Below are positions 9,701-18,800 of a DNA stretch of 64,000 nt, in pieces. The notes beneath the pieces are model-generated. The model worked only from the letters and a program-made list of their open reading frames with translations, did not search any database and was not told the DNA's origin. The DNA comes from an uncultured Nitrospira sp. GTDB lineage: Bacteria > Nitrospirota > Nitrospiria > Nitrospirales > Nitrospiraceae. Location of the stretch: assembly GCA_964398045.1 (NCBI GenBank), contig CAYNLM010000001.1:13964-77963 (forward strand). Direction: 5' to 3'. Numbering within the stretch: the first letter of the stretch is position 1; every line of letters begins with the position of its first letter. The position numbers were made by a program, and so were the translations under genes.

Positions 9701-10699
9701 GTTCATTTGGACAAGGTCCGGCTGGTGATTCGTGAGGATCGGCAGCGGTTCCTCAAGCTGACCGTTTCACCCCTCTGCAAAGATTCCGGCATCGACGTCG
9801 TCCTCATGGGGGAGGACATTACCGACTACTTGTTGCTCGAGCACGATCTGACCCAAGCGCAAAAGCTGGAGTCCATCGGGCAACTCGCGGCCGGCATCGC
9901 GCACGAAATCAATACGCCCACGCAATTCGTGGGGGACAACGTCCGGTTTCTGTCGGACTCCTTCGCCGATCTGCTCGTGGTACTGGACCGGCATCGGGAG
10001 CTCCTTGCATCGGCCAAGGCAGGAACCTGTCCCCCAGAGCTGGTTGCAGCCTGCGAAGCGGAATCGGAGCGGGCCGATCTTGGCTATCTGCGAGAGGAAA
10101 TCCCCAAAGCGATGGCGCAGTCGGCCGAGGGTATCGAGCGCATCACGAAGATCGTCCGCGCGATGAAAGATTTCGCGCATCCGGGCAGCGATGAGAAAAC
10201 CTTCGTGGACCTCAACAAGGCCATCGAAAGCACGGTGACGGTCACCCGCAACGAATGGAAGTACGTCGCCGACATGAAGACCGATCTGGCTCCCGACATC
10301 CCGCCGGTGCCCTGCTTGCTGGGTCGGTTCAACCAGGTGATTCTGAACATGATCGTGAACGCCGCCCATGCGATCGGCGATGTGGTCAAGGGGACCGGGA
10401 GCAAAGGGGGCATCTCGATCACGTCCCGCCGGGCCGGCCAGTTTGCGGAGATCCGCATCGCGGACACGGGAACAGGCATCCCCGAAGAGATCCGACACAA
10501 GATCTTCGACCCCTTCTTTACGACCAAGGAAGTAGGCAAGGGGACGGGGCAGGGTCTGGCCATCGCCCGTTCCGTCGTCGTGGACAAGCACCGGGGAAGC
10601 ATTACAGTCGAGAGTGAGGTCGGCAAGGGGACCACGTTCATCGTCCGTCTGCCGTTGACCGAGCCCGGAGAGACGAAAGATTTGGAGAGCGCGGCATGA
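6752..10699 (+). CDS. Multi-sensor histidine kinase (TM - periplasmic domain - TM, several PAS, one GAF, HisKA + HATPase_c)
   Basis: Two TM segments flank a ~270-aa extracytoplasmic region. PAS-like blocks and a GAF-like block ('LGWRLGVLWKVDED...GLPGRVWESG') follow. H-box 'AAGIAHEINTPTQF', N-box 'ILNMIVNAAHAI', 'DTGTGI', 'GKGTGQGLAI'. Confidence 0.9.
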   Translation: MTPTTGHAQRYTWLPKLVVAMVGVAVLTVLFGLSMLEDRLIALSGRELQMTAAEVAEKVDMLLFERYGDIQVLAEAGGWLGSDGDRWTEHLHMLQHAYPLYAWMGVIENSGRVLAATDPGTVGLDLGSKDWFKDLAAEPTPRVHDVRRDELSKGRDAVGFSAPVRRNHPAQRTSASFHGAVATRVATSQLDALVTRTLREVAVKAGYSQGLEYQILTPQGRVVVESIPQQNGPVDLFSLGTVSAKLVFSEGTGFIEEEHRRRHVPVLTGYARMPARRELDALGWGVLVRMDRQAVVAPIRSALWAATMWGGILFTPMLGVFLWTTRQLRQEWHRAEIAKQAVTEAHDFLQSSLDALTSHIAILDERATIIGVNRAWRLFGDQNQCHDTDHGVGRNYLEICESCSGEGAEEAQHVAQGIRAILQGQQREWVGEYPCHGPGEQRWFLVRLSKFEMGEKLRVLVDHRNVTKSQLAFLALQESQATMQAIIRNALDAHILMDQEGAVVGWNPKAEEIFGWSPQEAVGRSLANVIIPPGYREAHGRGLKKFLAGGMGPVLDKRFEIEGWHKEGRPFPVELTIAAIKRPGGYLFSAFIRDVTERVHQERRQAAEHRIAELLLEAASLDAASQDIIGMICDTLGWRLGVLWKVDEDMQVLRCAAIGKEPQGCESFVERTRQINFVRGAGLPGRVWESGRVEWIPDVTQDGNFPRAPFALEAGLHAAFAFPIRLYGKVHAVMEFFAKGIRPPDRKLLDMFDGVAAELSQFLERKQAERNLSRSEARLSGILRLAQDAVVSVDESQRIILFNSGAEEIFGYAAEEVLGQPLDLLVPAQFRKTHSRMVCEFGSSSRKAERAMNRSEIFGLRKSGEEFPAEASIAKVTVEGVTIYTTILRDISKRKQQEQALRNAKATAEQAVSEKTALLATVEAFFIRIAETGAVCEWTSQAERLFGIPLTDAIGRTFQDLSIGWSWEAIVEAINRATQTLRSVHLDKVRLVIREDRQRFLKLTVSPLCKDSGIDVVLMGEDITDYLLLEHDLTQAQKLESIGQLAAGIAHEINTPTQFVGDNVRFLSDSFADLLVVLDRHRELLASAKAGTCPPELVAACEAESERADLGYLREEIPKAMAQSAEGIERITKIVRAMKDFAHPGSDEKTFVDLNKAIESTVTVTRNEWKYVADMKTDLAPDIPPVPCLLGRFNQVILNMIVNAAHAIGDVVKGTGSKGGISITSRRAGQFAEIRIADTGTGIPEEIRHKIFDPFFTTKEVGKGTGQGLAIARSVVVDKHRGSITVESEVGKGTTFIVRLPLTEPGETKDLESAA

Positions 10700-11814
10700 C
10701 CCCTCGTGTGCTGTTCGTGGACGACGATCCGAAGTTCCTCGACGGGCTCCGGCGGATGCTACGCCCCCATCGGAAGGAATGGACCATGATCTTCTTGGGG
10801 AGCGCGGCCGAGGCGCTACGGGAGATGCGCGGATCGATCGTCGATACCCTTGTCTCGGATCTTCAAATGCCTCATCAAACCGGCTTCGATCTGCTCCAGC
10901 GGATCGAGATGTCGCCGAGCTGGCGCCATATCCCAGTCATCATCATGACCGGCGCCGCCGAACGGGACTTGAAACGGCGTGCGTTGGATCAGGGAGCCAC
11001 TGACCTGCTGAACAAACCAGTCGATCCCGCCGACCTGATCGCCCGCATCCGCAGCGCGCTCCGGCTGAAAACCTATCAAGATCAAATCCGGGGGCAGAAT
11101 GACATCCTTGAGCGCAACGTCCGTGAACGAACGAGGGCGTTGGACGCGTCCCGTGTGGATTTGATCTGGCGGCTTGGAAGAGTAGCTGAGTTTCGCGATG
11201 AGCAGACAGGCAACCATATTATGCGGGTGGGATCATATTGCAAAATGTTGGCTGAGGCACTGGGTACGCCGAGGGAATTCGCCGACATGATTTTTCTCAC
11301 CAGTCCGCTGCACGATATCGGCAAGATCGGCATTCCTGACGGCATCCTTCTGCAGCCTAGAAAACTCACCCCTACGGAATGGGACATCATGCGAAGGCAT
11401 TGTGCGATCGGAGCCGAAATATTGCGGCAGGAAACCTGGACGCGGTCTCCGCTGTTTGCCGTCTCTTGTGTTGATTCGAATGAGGCCGACAACCAGCGCA
11501 ACCCCGTTCTCGAGATGGCGTCCTCGATCGCGCTGGCACATCATGAGTGGTGGGACGGCACGGGGTATCCGCAACGGCTGTCCGGCGAGGCTATCCCGTT
11601 GGAAGCGCGTATCGTGGCGGTGGCGGACGTGTACGATGCCCTGAGTTCGGCTAGGCCCTACAAGCCGGCCCTTCCGGAACATACGGTTCTCGACATCATG
11701 GGCCAGCAGGTCGGGACCCATTTCGATCCAGTCGTGTATGAGGCATTTCTTCGATCGCGTGCCGCGTTTCGCACCATACTCGGCCAGTTGGCCGACCATG
11801 CGGAGGCCGCGTAA
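10696..11814 (+). CDS. Response regulator with HD-GYP domain (putative c-di-GMP phosphodiesterase, RpfG-like)
   Basis: Receiver 'VLFVDDDPKF', 'TLVSDLQMPHQTG'. Intact 'LHDIGKIGIP' and 'HHEWWDGTGYP' motifs. Start overlaps the kinase stop. Confidence 0.9.
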   Translation: MTPRVLFVDDDPKFLDGLRRMLRPHRKEWTMIFLGSAAEALREMRGSIVDTLVSDLQMPHQTGFDLLQRIEMSPSWRHIPVIIMTGAAERDLKRRALDQGATDLLNKPVDPADLIARIRSALRLKTYQDQIRGQNDILERNVRERTRALDASRVDLIWRLGRVAEFRDEQTGNHIMRVGSYCKMLAEALGTPREFADMIFLTSPLHDIGKIGIPDGILLQPRKLTPTEWDIMRRHCAIGAEILRQETWTRSPLFAVSCVDSNEADNQRNPVLEMASSIALAHHEWWDGTGYPQRLSGEAIPLEARIVAVADVYDALSSARPYKPALPEHTVLDIMGQQVGTHFDPVVYEAFLRSRAAFRTILGQLADHAEAA

Positions 11815-11830
11815 AAGGACACGGGATGTG

Positions 11831-13039
11831 ATGAAGCAGCTCCTGTTTGTAGACGACGAACCGAAACTCCTGGATGGCCTGAAGCGCTCGATGCGGTCCA
11901 TGCGGGACGAATGGAACATGATGTTTGTGACCGGCGGCGAAGAGGCGCTGAGGGTGCTCGAAGGGGCCCCGTTTGACGTCGTGGTCTCGGACATGCGCAT
12001 GCCAGGGATAGACGGCGCCCAGCTGCTGAACGAGGTGCAACGGCGATATCCGCATATAGTCAGGATCATTTTGTCAGGCCATTCCGATCAGCAGATGATC
12101 TTTCAATCGATCAGCGCGACTCATCAGTTTCTAGCAAAACCTTGCGAATCCGAGCAGCTCAAGACGACGATTCGGCGCGCGTGCGCGCTGCGGGAGCTGC
12201 TGAAGAACGATTCCCTCCGTGGACTGGTGACAGGCATGCGGACCATTCCCAGCCTCCCGAATCTTTTTTCGGATATCAAGAAGGAGGTGGAATCCGAGTC
12301 GTCTTCCCTGAAAGCAATCGGCCAAATCATTGCCAAAGATATGGGCATGACGGCAAAGATTCTCCAGCTCGTGAACTCGGCTTATTTCGGCATGTGTGGG
12401 ACCGTATCAACGGTGGAGCAGGCAGTGAACTTCCTGGGGCTGGACACGATTCAGGCGCTCGTTCTGACTGCCGATATCTTTTCGCAATTCCGCATGCAGC
12501 GCGCATCAGGTTTCCACATCGATCGTCTATGGGCGGAGAGCATGGAGACCGGCACTCTGGCTCGGGCGATCGCAAGGGCGGAAGGGCGCGCACCGCACGA
12601 GATCGAGCAAGCCAACACGGCGGGCTTTCTTCATGATGTGGGCATCCTCCTGCTGGCCGTGAACCTCCCAGACCGATACAGCACCGTTCTTACTGTGGCT
12701 TCGGCCGAAGGAAGGCCGGTCTGTGAGGTGGAACAGTCTGAATTTGGAACCACCCATGCCGAAGTTGGCGCCTACCTGCTGGGGCTCTGGGGGATGAGCG
12801 AACCGATCGTCGAGGCGGTGGCATATCATCACAGGCCGGGAGATTGTATCGGTCAGACCTTCAGCCCCCTGACGGCGGTGCATGTGGCCAATGTGCTGCA
12901 GCAGGACAAGACCGAGCACAAGACTGGTCACGCACGGGCCGAGATCGATACTGCCTATCTGGAGAGGCTCAAGATGACCGATCGGGTCCCTGTCTGGCAA
13001 GAACTCGCGATGAAATTAGGGAAGGAGACGGCTTCATGA
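11831..13039 (+). CDS. Response regulator with HDOD domain
   Basis: Receiver 'LLFVDDEPKLLD', 'VVVSDMRMPGIDG', 'LAKPC'. C-terminal HDOD-like region ('AKILQLVNSAYFG...VEQAVNFLGLDTI...FLHDVGILLL...HAEVGAYLLGLWG'). ATG at 11831; the ORF track extends to 11738. Confidence 0.8.
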   Translation: MKQLLFVDDEPKLLDGLKRSMRSMRDEWNMMFVTGGEEALRVLEGAPFDVVVSDMRMPGIDGAQLLNEVQRRYPHIVRIILSGHSDQQMIFQSISATHQFLAKPCESEQLKTTIRRACALRELLKNDSLRGLVTGMRTIPSLPNLFSDIKKEVESESSSLKAIGQIIAKDMGMTAKILQLVNSAYFGMCGTVSTVEQAVNFLGLDTIQALVLTADIFSQFRMQRASGFHIDRLWAESMETGTLARAIARAEGRAPHEIEQANTAGFLHDVGILLLAVNLPDRYSTVLTVASAEGRPVCEVEQSEFGTTHAEVGAYLLGLWGMSEPIVEAVAYHHRPGDCIGQTFSPLTAVHVANVLQQDKTEHKTGHARAEIDTAYLERLKMTDRVPVWQELAMKLGKETAS

Positions 13040-14223
13040 GCGATGCAATTCTCTGCGTGGACGATGACGCCAACATTCTGGAAGGTTTCCGACGGCAACT
13101 TCGGAAGGAGTTCCGGCTGGAAACTGCCTTGGGTCCGGAAGAGGGGTTCAAGGTCCTGGAGACGCGAGGTCCCTTCGCCGTCGTGGTGTCCGATCTTCAG
13201 ATGCCCGGCATGGACGGGATTCAGTTTCTCTCCAGCGTTCGTGAACGGGCACCGGACACCGTCAGAATCTTGTTGACCGGCAATGCGGACTTGCAGGCTT
13301 CGATCGATGCCATTAATCAAGGGCAGATTTTCCGCTTTCTTACCAAGCCTTGTACTGCCGAGTTGCTGGTGAGTGCACTGAAGGCCGGCCTGGCGCAATA
13401 TCGTCTCATCATTGCCGAGCGTGAGTTGTTGGAGCAAACGCTCAGCGGGAGCATCAAGGTTCTCTGCGATGTCTTGTCCTTGGTGAATCCAGAAGCCTTC
13501 GGGCGCTCTTCCCGCATCACGCGGTACGTTGAAGCGATCGCTGAGCACTTGCATGTGACGGAGTTGTGGCCGATTAAGACAGCGGCACTGTTGTCCCAAA
13601 TCGGTTGCGTCATTCTGCCGGAGGCGGTCCTAAAGAAGATCTACTGCGGGGAAACGTTGGCAGAAGAGGAGTCGCAGCTTTTCAATCAGCATCCGTTCAT
13701 CGCCGCCGACCTGATCGCCAGGATTCCGCGCATGAACCGGGTGGCGGAAATCATCAGATTCCAGGACAAGTATTACGATGGCTACGGCGTTCCCGGCGAC
13801 AATCGGCAGGGGAACGAAATTCCGATGGAGTCCAGAATTCTGAAGGTGGCGTTGGACTTCGACGCCCTGGAATCGGCGGGCAAGACAAAGACGGAGGCGT
13901 TTGATGAACTCAAGAAGCGGAAAGGGTGGTATGACTCTACGATTGTAGATGCCCTGAAAGCGGCATTCGCCAGTGACATCAAGTATGAAGTAAGGACTGC
14001 CGTCCTGGCCGATCTCCGAGTCGGCATGATGCTGGGGGAAGATATCAAGTCGGTTAAGGACGTTCTGTTAGCTCCGAAGGGCCAGGAGGTGAATGAGTCC
14101 ATCATCATGCGGTTGCAGAATTTTTCCAAAGCAGTCGGAGTGAGGGAGCCTTTTACGGTCCTGATCCCGATGGGTACGCTGGGCCAGAAAACGGATCCTG
14201 TTGAATCAGCAAAGGCGGCTTAG
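13036..14223 (+). CDS. Response regulator with degenerate HD-GYP-like output domain
   Basis: Receiver 'ILCVDDDANILE', 'VVVSDLQMPGMDG', 'LTKPC'. The output domain aligns to HD-GYP, but 'LHDIGK' is 'LLSQIGC' and 'HHExxDGxGYP' is 'FQDKYYDGYGVP'. ATG 13036 overlaps the upstream stop (ATGA). Confidence 0.7.
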   Translation: MSDAILCVDDDANILEGFRRQLRKEFRLETALGPEEGFKVLETRGPFAVVVSDLQMPGMDGIQFLSSVRERAPDTVRILLTGNADLQASIDAINQGQIFRFLTKPCTAELLVSALKAGLAQYRLIIAERELLEQTLSGSIKVLCDVLSLVNPEAFGRSSRITRYVEAIAEHLHVTELWPIKTAALLSQIGCVILPEAVLKKIYCGETLAEEESQLFNQHPFIAADLIARIPRMNRVAEIIRFQDKYYDGYGVPGDNRQGNEIPMESRILKVALDFDALESAGKTKTEAFDELKKRKGWYDSTIVDALKAAFASDIKYEVRTAVLADLRVGMMLGEDIKSVKDVLLAPKGQEVNESIIMRLQNFSKAVGVREPFTVLIPMGTLGQKTDPVESAKAA

Positions 14224-14455
14224 CGTGAACCGAAGGAATTGTCGTACTTCAGACCAAGGCCAACATCGCGGTGAAGCTCGTGGCGCTCGCCTGGACGCCA
14301 CACTGGCAGGCGGCAAACGGCGCCATGGCACCGGCCTGGTAATCGTCGAGCAGCGATTCGAGCAGGTGACGTGGTCGAGCGGGTTATGCGGGCCGGGGCT
14401 CGCTCGTCTGCTGATGCCGTTAAGGAATCATCGTCGTAGCGCGGTTGAGACGAGG

Positions 14456-15022
14456 CTAGTGCTTTCTGTCTTTCTGCATGATCTTATCGGTCCAGGCCAG
14501 CAGAATGGCGGAGCCGAGGAAGGTCATGTGGATAAAAATCTTCCACTTGATGTGCTCCGGGTTTTCGTTGGCCACATCCACGAACGCTTTCAGAAGGTGA
14601 ATGCTGGAGATGCCGACCAGCGATGCCGCGAGCTTGATTTTAATCGTGCCGGGATCGACATGCGTGAGCCAGTCCGGACGATCGGGATGGGTCTCAAGAT
14701 CCAATTTGCTCACGAACGTCGCGTATCCGCCGATGATGACCATGGTCAGGAGATTCGCCACCATGGTGACGTCGACCAACCCCAGCACGCCGAGCATGAA
14801 CACCGTCTCTTCCAGTTTCTGGATATGGAGAATCATCTCCCACAATTCGATTAAAAACTTATAGGCGTAGAGCAGTTCGGCGATGATCAGGCCGCCGTAC
14901 AGCGGCGCCTGGATCCATCGGCTTGAGAATACCGCCATTTCAAACGCATGTTCCGCGAGGGCGACCGGAGAACGAACGGCCTTCGTGGGTGCGTGCGGCT
15001 GAGAGATGCGCTCTTCGGACAT
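14456..15022 (-). CDS. yqhA: UPF0114 family inner-membrane protein YqhA
   Basis: Aligns by eye along its length with E. coli YqhA ('SRWIQAPLYGGL', 'LGLVDVTMVANLL', 'SSIHLLKAFVD'). Confidence 0.8.
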   Translation of the reverse strand: MSEERISQPHAPTKAVRSPVALAEHAFEMAVFSSRWIQAPLYGGLIIAELLYAYKFLIELWEMILHIQKLEETVFMLGVLGLVDVTMVANLLTMVIIGGYATFVSKLDLETHPDRPDWLTHVDPGTIKIKLAASLVGISSIHLLKAFVDVANENPEHIKWKIFIHMTFLGSAILLAWTDKIMQKDRKH

Positions 15023-15124
15023 CGGACCTCCTTCGACAATGTCACTGCTGTGGTGGAAACAAGTCGGGGCGTATCCTAGTCAGAGAAGGAAGGACTGTCA
15101 ATTCAGACGGACAAATCGGACCAG

Positions 15125-15808
15125 CTACGTGGCCTGAGCGATGACGCTCGCCGCAGGCGTGGACACCGTCCGCGCCGAGTCGGGTTGCACCTCCAACGAT
15201 TTGACGAGCGTGGCGGCGCGGGTTCCCGCATGCCGGATCTGTTCCGCGCAGGAACGAGCCGGATCTTCCGACGGCAGTCGAGCCAAGAGGATATCGGCAA
15301 AGCCGTTGATGGAGGTGAGCACATTGTTCAAGTCGTGGATCACGCGCGGGGAAGCGCATGCACCGGCTGCAGATGAACGCGATGCCGACTGAGTCTCTGA
15401 TGCGCCTCGTCGGGCGCGGACCAGGGCCCGCTCGACGGTGACGCGCAGTTCTGAGGCCGAAGGTGAGGCTACGGCCAGCACTTCATGAGCGCCGGCGCAA
15501 AGGGCGTCCAGGAACAGCGTTTCATCGGGGACGGCACTCAGCGCGATGAGGGCGCAGGTGGGCGCCGCCAGACGCAGAGCGCGGACGGCATCGAGCCCTT
15601 TATCATCGGGCAACGTCAGGTTCATGAGTACGAGATCCACATGGTGCGTGCGCAAATGGGTCAGGCCTTCCCGTAAGGTCCTCGCGACGCCGATGTCGAG
15701 AGGGCCTTCCTGCAGGGCGAGCAACCCTTCTTGCAGTCTCATGGCCGGGCCTCGGGCCGGTTCAATGAGGAGGATCGAGATGGGGTGTGTCGGAATAGAG
15801 CGGTGCAT
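15125..15808 (-). CDS. Pseudo-receiver + HisKA/DHp-only protein (no HATPase domain); putative phosphotransfer or modulator protein
   Basis: The receiver-like N-terminus has its acidic pocket replaced ('ILLIEPARG') and its phospho-Asp position is Asn ('VDLVLMNLTLPDDKG'). The C-terminus 'VIHDLNNVLTSINGFADILL' is a HisKA H-box, and the protein ends about 60 aa later. AGGAGA RBS, 7 nt after the hybrid kinase stop. Confidence 0.7.
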   Translation of the reverse strand: MHRSIPTHPISILLIEPARGPAMRLQEGLLALQEGPLDIGVARTLREGLTHLRTHHVDLVLMNLTLPDDKGLDAVRALRLAAPTCALIALSAVPDETLFLDALCAGAHEVLAVASPSASELRVTVERALVRARRGASETQSASRSSAAGACASPRVIHDLNNVLTSINGFADILLARLPSEDPARSCAEQIRHAGTRAATLVKSLEVQPDSARTVSTPAASVIAQAT

Positions 15809-15815
15809 CCGTCTC

Positions 15816-18800
15816 CTAGGCGGCTCGTTCCCGTGAAGGCAGCGGCTTCAGCCAGCGTGTGAGGACACGCTGCAGATCTTCCCGCCTGACCGGTTTGCAG
15901 ATAAAGTCATCCATCCCTGCAGCAAGACACTGCTCACGGGCACTCGCCATCGCGTTCGCCGTCATGGCAACGACGGGGATGTGTACTTCCAGCCCCTTGC
16001 CTATCGCCTCGAGCCTGCGGATTTCGTGCGTCGTCTCAAACCCGTCCATTTCAGGCATTTGACAATCCATGAAGACGAGGGAATAGGAATGGCGTGCCAA
16101 TGCCGCCAAGGCTTCCTTGCCGGTACCGGCTGTATCCACGCGATAGCCTAGCTTTTCCAACATCCGGACGGCTACCTTCTGATTCACCGGATTGTCATCC
16201 ACCACCAGCAGCCGGTTGTGTGTTTGAATTTCTGCCACGTGGTGCCGTGTGATAAGCGGAGGAGACGCCTGGTCCGTACCCGCCGCGCTCGGTGCCGCCG
16301 CCGATTGTCCCATGACCAGACGAAGGCAATCATGGAGTTGGGATTTTCGTACGGGTTTGGTCAAGTATGCGGAGAAACCGGCAGATCGCGCGATGTGCGC
16401 ATCCCCGCGTCGGCCAAGCGACGTCAGGAGGACGAGCCGCGTGGGGGCCAGCGCCGGGTCAGCCTTGATCGCCCGCCCCAGCTGAATGCCGTCCATGTCC
16501 GGCATGTGCATGTCGACAATGGCCAGGTCAAAAGGAGTCCCCTGGGCTGCGGCCGATCGTATGAGTGCTAAAGCCGAAGGGCCATCCTGCGCCGTGTCAG
16601 AGCACATGCCCCAGGCCGAGGCATGGTATTTCAGCAAAGTCAGGTTGGTCGCATTGTCATCCACGAGACATACGCGTAAACCGCGCAAACTCTCCGCCGT
16701 CGGGAGAAAAGCGCCCGGCTGAACCTTCTGTTTGTCGAGACGAATCGTAAACCATACTTGCGTTCCCGTTCCCGAAAGAGAGTCGAGGCCGATTTCACCG
16801 TTCATCATTTCCGTCAGCCGTTTGCAAATCGCCAGTCCTAACCCCGTCCCGCCGTACTTTCTGGACGTCGATCCATCGGCTTGCGTGAAGGCTTGAAACA
16901 ATCTGGATTTCGCGTCTTCAGTGAGGCCGATGCCGGTATCAATGACTTCAAATCGGAGCAGCGCCGACGAATCGTCCTCCTCGACCACCGCGACTTGCAC
17001 GAGCACCTCGCCCTGCTCGGTGAACTTAATCGCGTTGCCGACGAGATTGGTGAGAATCTGTCGCAGACGGCCGGGATCGCCCACCATCGCAGTGGGAACG
17101 GCGGTATCGACCATGCCGACCACTTCCAAATGCTTTTTCTGGGCGGTGACGGCCAGCAGTTCGAGGGTATCTTCAATCGTCACACGGAGATCAAATGCAA
17201 TGTGTTCCATTGAAAGCTTTCCCGCTTCAATTTTGGAGAAGTCGAGAATGTCGTTGATGACCGCCAGGAGCGACTCACCGGATCTGCGCAAGGTCTCGAC
17301 ATACTCCTGCTGCTCCGGCGTCAGCACCGTGTCGAGCAGCAAGCCGGTCATTCCGATGACCCCGTTCATCGGAGTGCGGATCTCGTGGCTCATCGTCGCC
17401 AGGAATTCCGCCTTGGCCCGTGCTCCGGCTTCGGCTGCGTCCTTCGCCGCGACCAGGTCCTGCTCCATCTGTTTGCGTTCGGTGATATCGATCATGGTGC
17501 CCATCATGCGCAATGGCCGGCCTTGCTCGTCATGTTCGACCGCTTTCCCTCGCACCAAGACCCACAGCCAACGGCCTAAGTGATGTCGAAGCCGGTGTTC
17601 GACCACAAAATGTGTGGTTCGGCCGGCGAGATGGTTCTCCAGCGCCTGATCGATGGCGGGGCGATCGTCCTCATGGATGCGCCCTTTCCAATCGGCGAGA
17701 TTATTCAAGGGAATCTCGTGATGTTCGAGCCCGACCATGCGCATCCAACTGGGACTGTAGCTCGCGCACATCGTCGGGATGTGCCAGTCCCAGAGGCCGT
17801 CATTCGTGGTCTCGAGCGTGAGGCGAAATCGGGCTTCGCTGTCCCGCAGGGCTCGTTCGACCTCCTTTCGGCCCGTGATGTCTCGGCAGGTGCAGACCAG
17901 AGAGTGACGGGACTGGCCTCCCTCTTCCAGGAGGGCAAGGGACAGTTCGACGTGAAAGGCCTCGCCGGTTTTCTTCTTGCCGACCACTTCTCCTTGCCAC
18001 TGTCCGCTGTGCTCCAATTCCGGCAAGAAGAGTTGCTCGATCATGACAACCCATTCCGGAGGGTAGAGTTCCTTCCAACTCCTTCCCAGGAGTTCGTCGG
18101 CGGTGTATCCGTACATTGAAGCGTGAGAGGGATTGATGTAGGTGTAGCAGCCGTCGGCGTCCAGAATCCCCATACCGTCCAATCCGTGGTTGATCGCCTG
18201 CTGGAGTTTGAAGCGCGTCTGTTCAAGCCGGCGACGTTTGGTGATGTCTTGGACGGTCCCAAGAGACCGAAGTGGTTTGCCGGCGGCATCATAGTCGGTT
18301 CTGCAGCGTTCCTGAACGTACTTGATTCGTCCATCGTTCATCTGAAGTCGATGTTCGATTTCGTAGGGAGTCTTGTTCTTGAGTGAATCGGTATAGGCTT
18401 TGTCCACATAGGCGCGGTCGTCCGGATGGACCATGCCCAGGAAGGCTTCATAGGTCGCGCCGAACCTGGAGGGCTCGGTTTCAAAGATGCGATGGATCTC
18501 GTCAGACCAGGCCAAGACGTTCGTGGTGAGGTTCAGCTCCCAGCTTCCCATCCCGGCGAGGTGCTGTGCCTCGGCCAGAGTCGCCTGGTTTTTGAGTGCC
18601 GCTGCGTCCATCTGCTTGCGTTCGGTGATGTCTTCCGTGGTGCCGACATGGCCGACGATCTGCCCCATCGCGTTTCGCAAGGGGCGCGATCGGGCATGAA
18701 CCCATCGGATGGTCCCATCCGGCCGCTGCATGCGAAATTCGGCGTCGAATTCCCCGCCCTGCCCGGCGATGTCGCCCCAGGTATGGACGATCCACTCGCG

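Noticed and set aside
11738-13035. Upstream extensions of the two receiver-fusion ORFs (11738-11830 and 12844-13035), which would create long overlaps with the preceding genes.
   Set aside because: Receiver domains begin right after the internal ATGs (11831, 13036). The extensions overlap the C-termini of the upstream genes and have Arg-rich translations.
14201-14854. 217-aa plus-strand ORF across the yqhA region.
   Set aside because: It is antisense to a protein that aligns well with E. coli YqhA. Its translation is low-complexity (Arg/His/Gly-rich) and it has no RBS.
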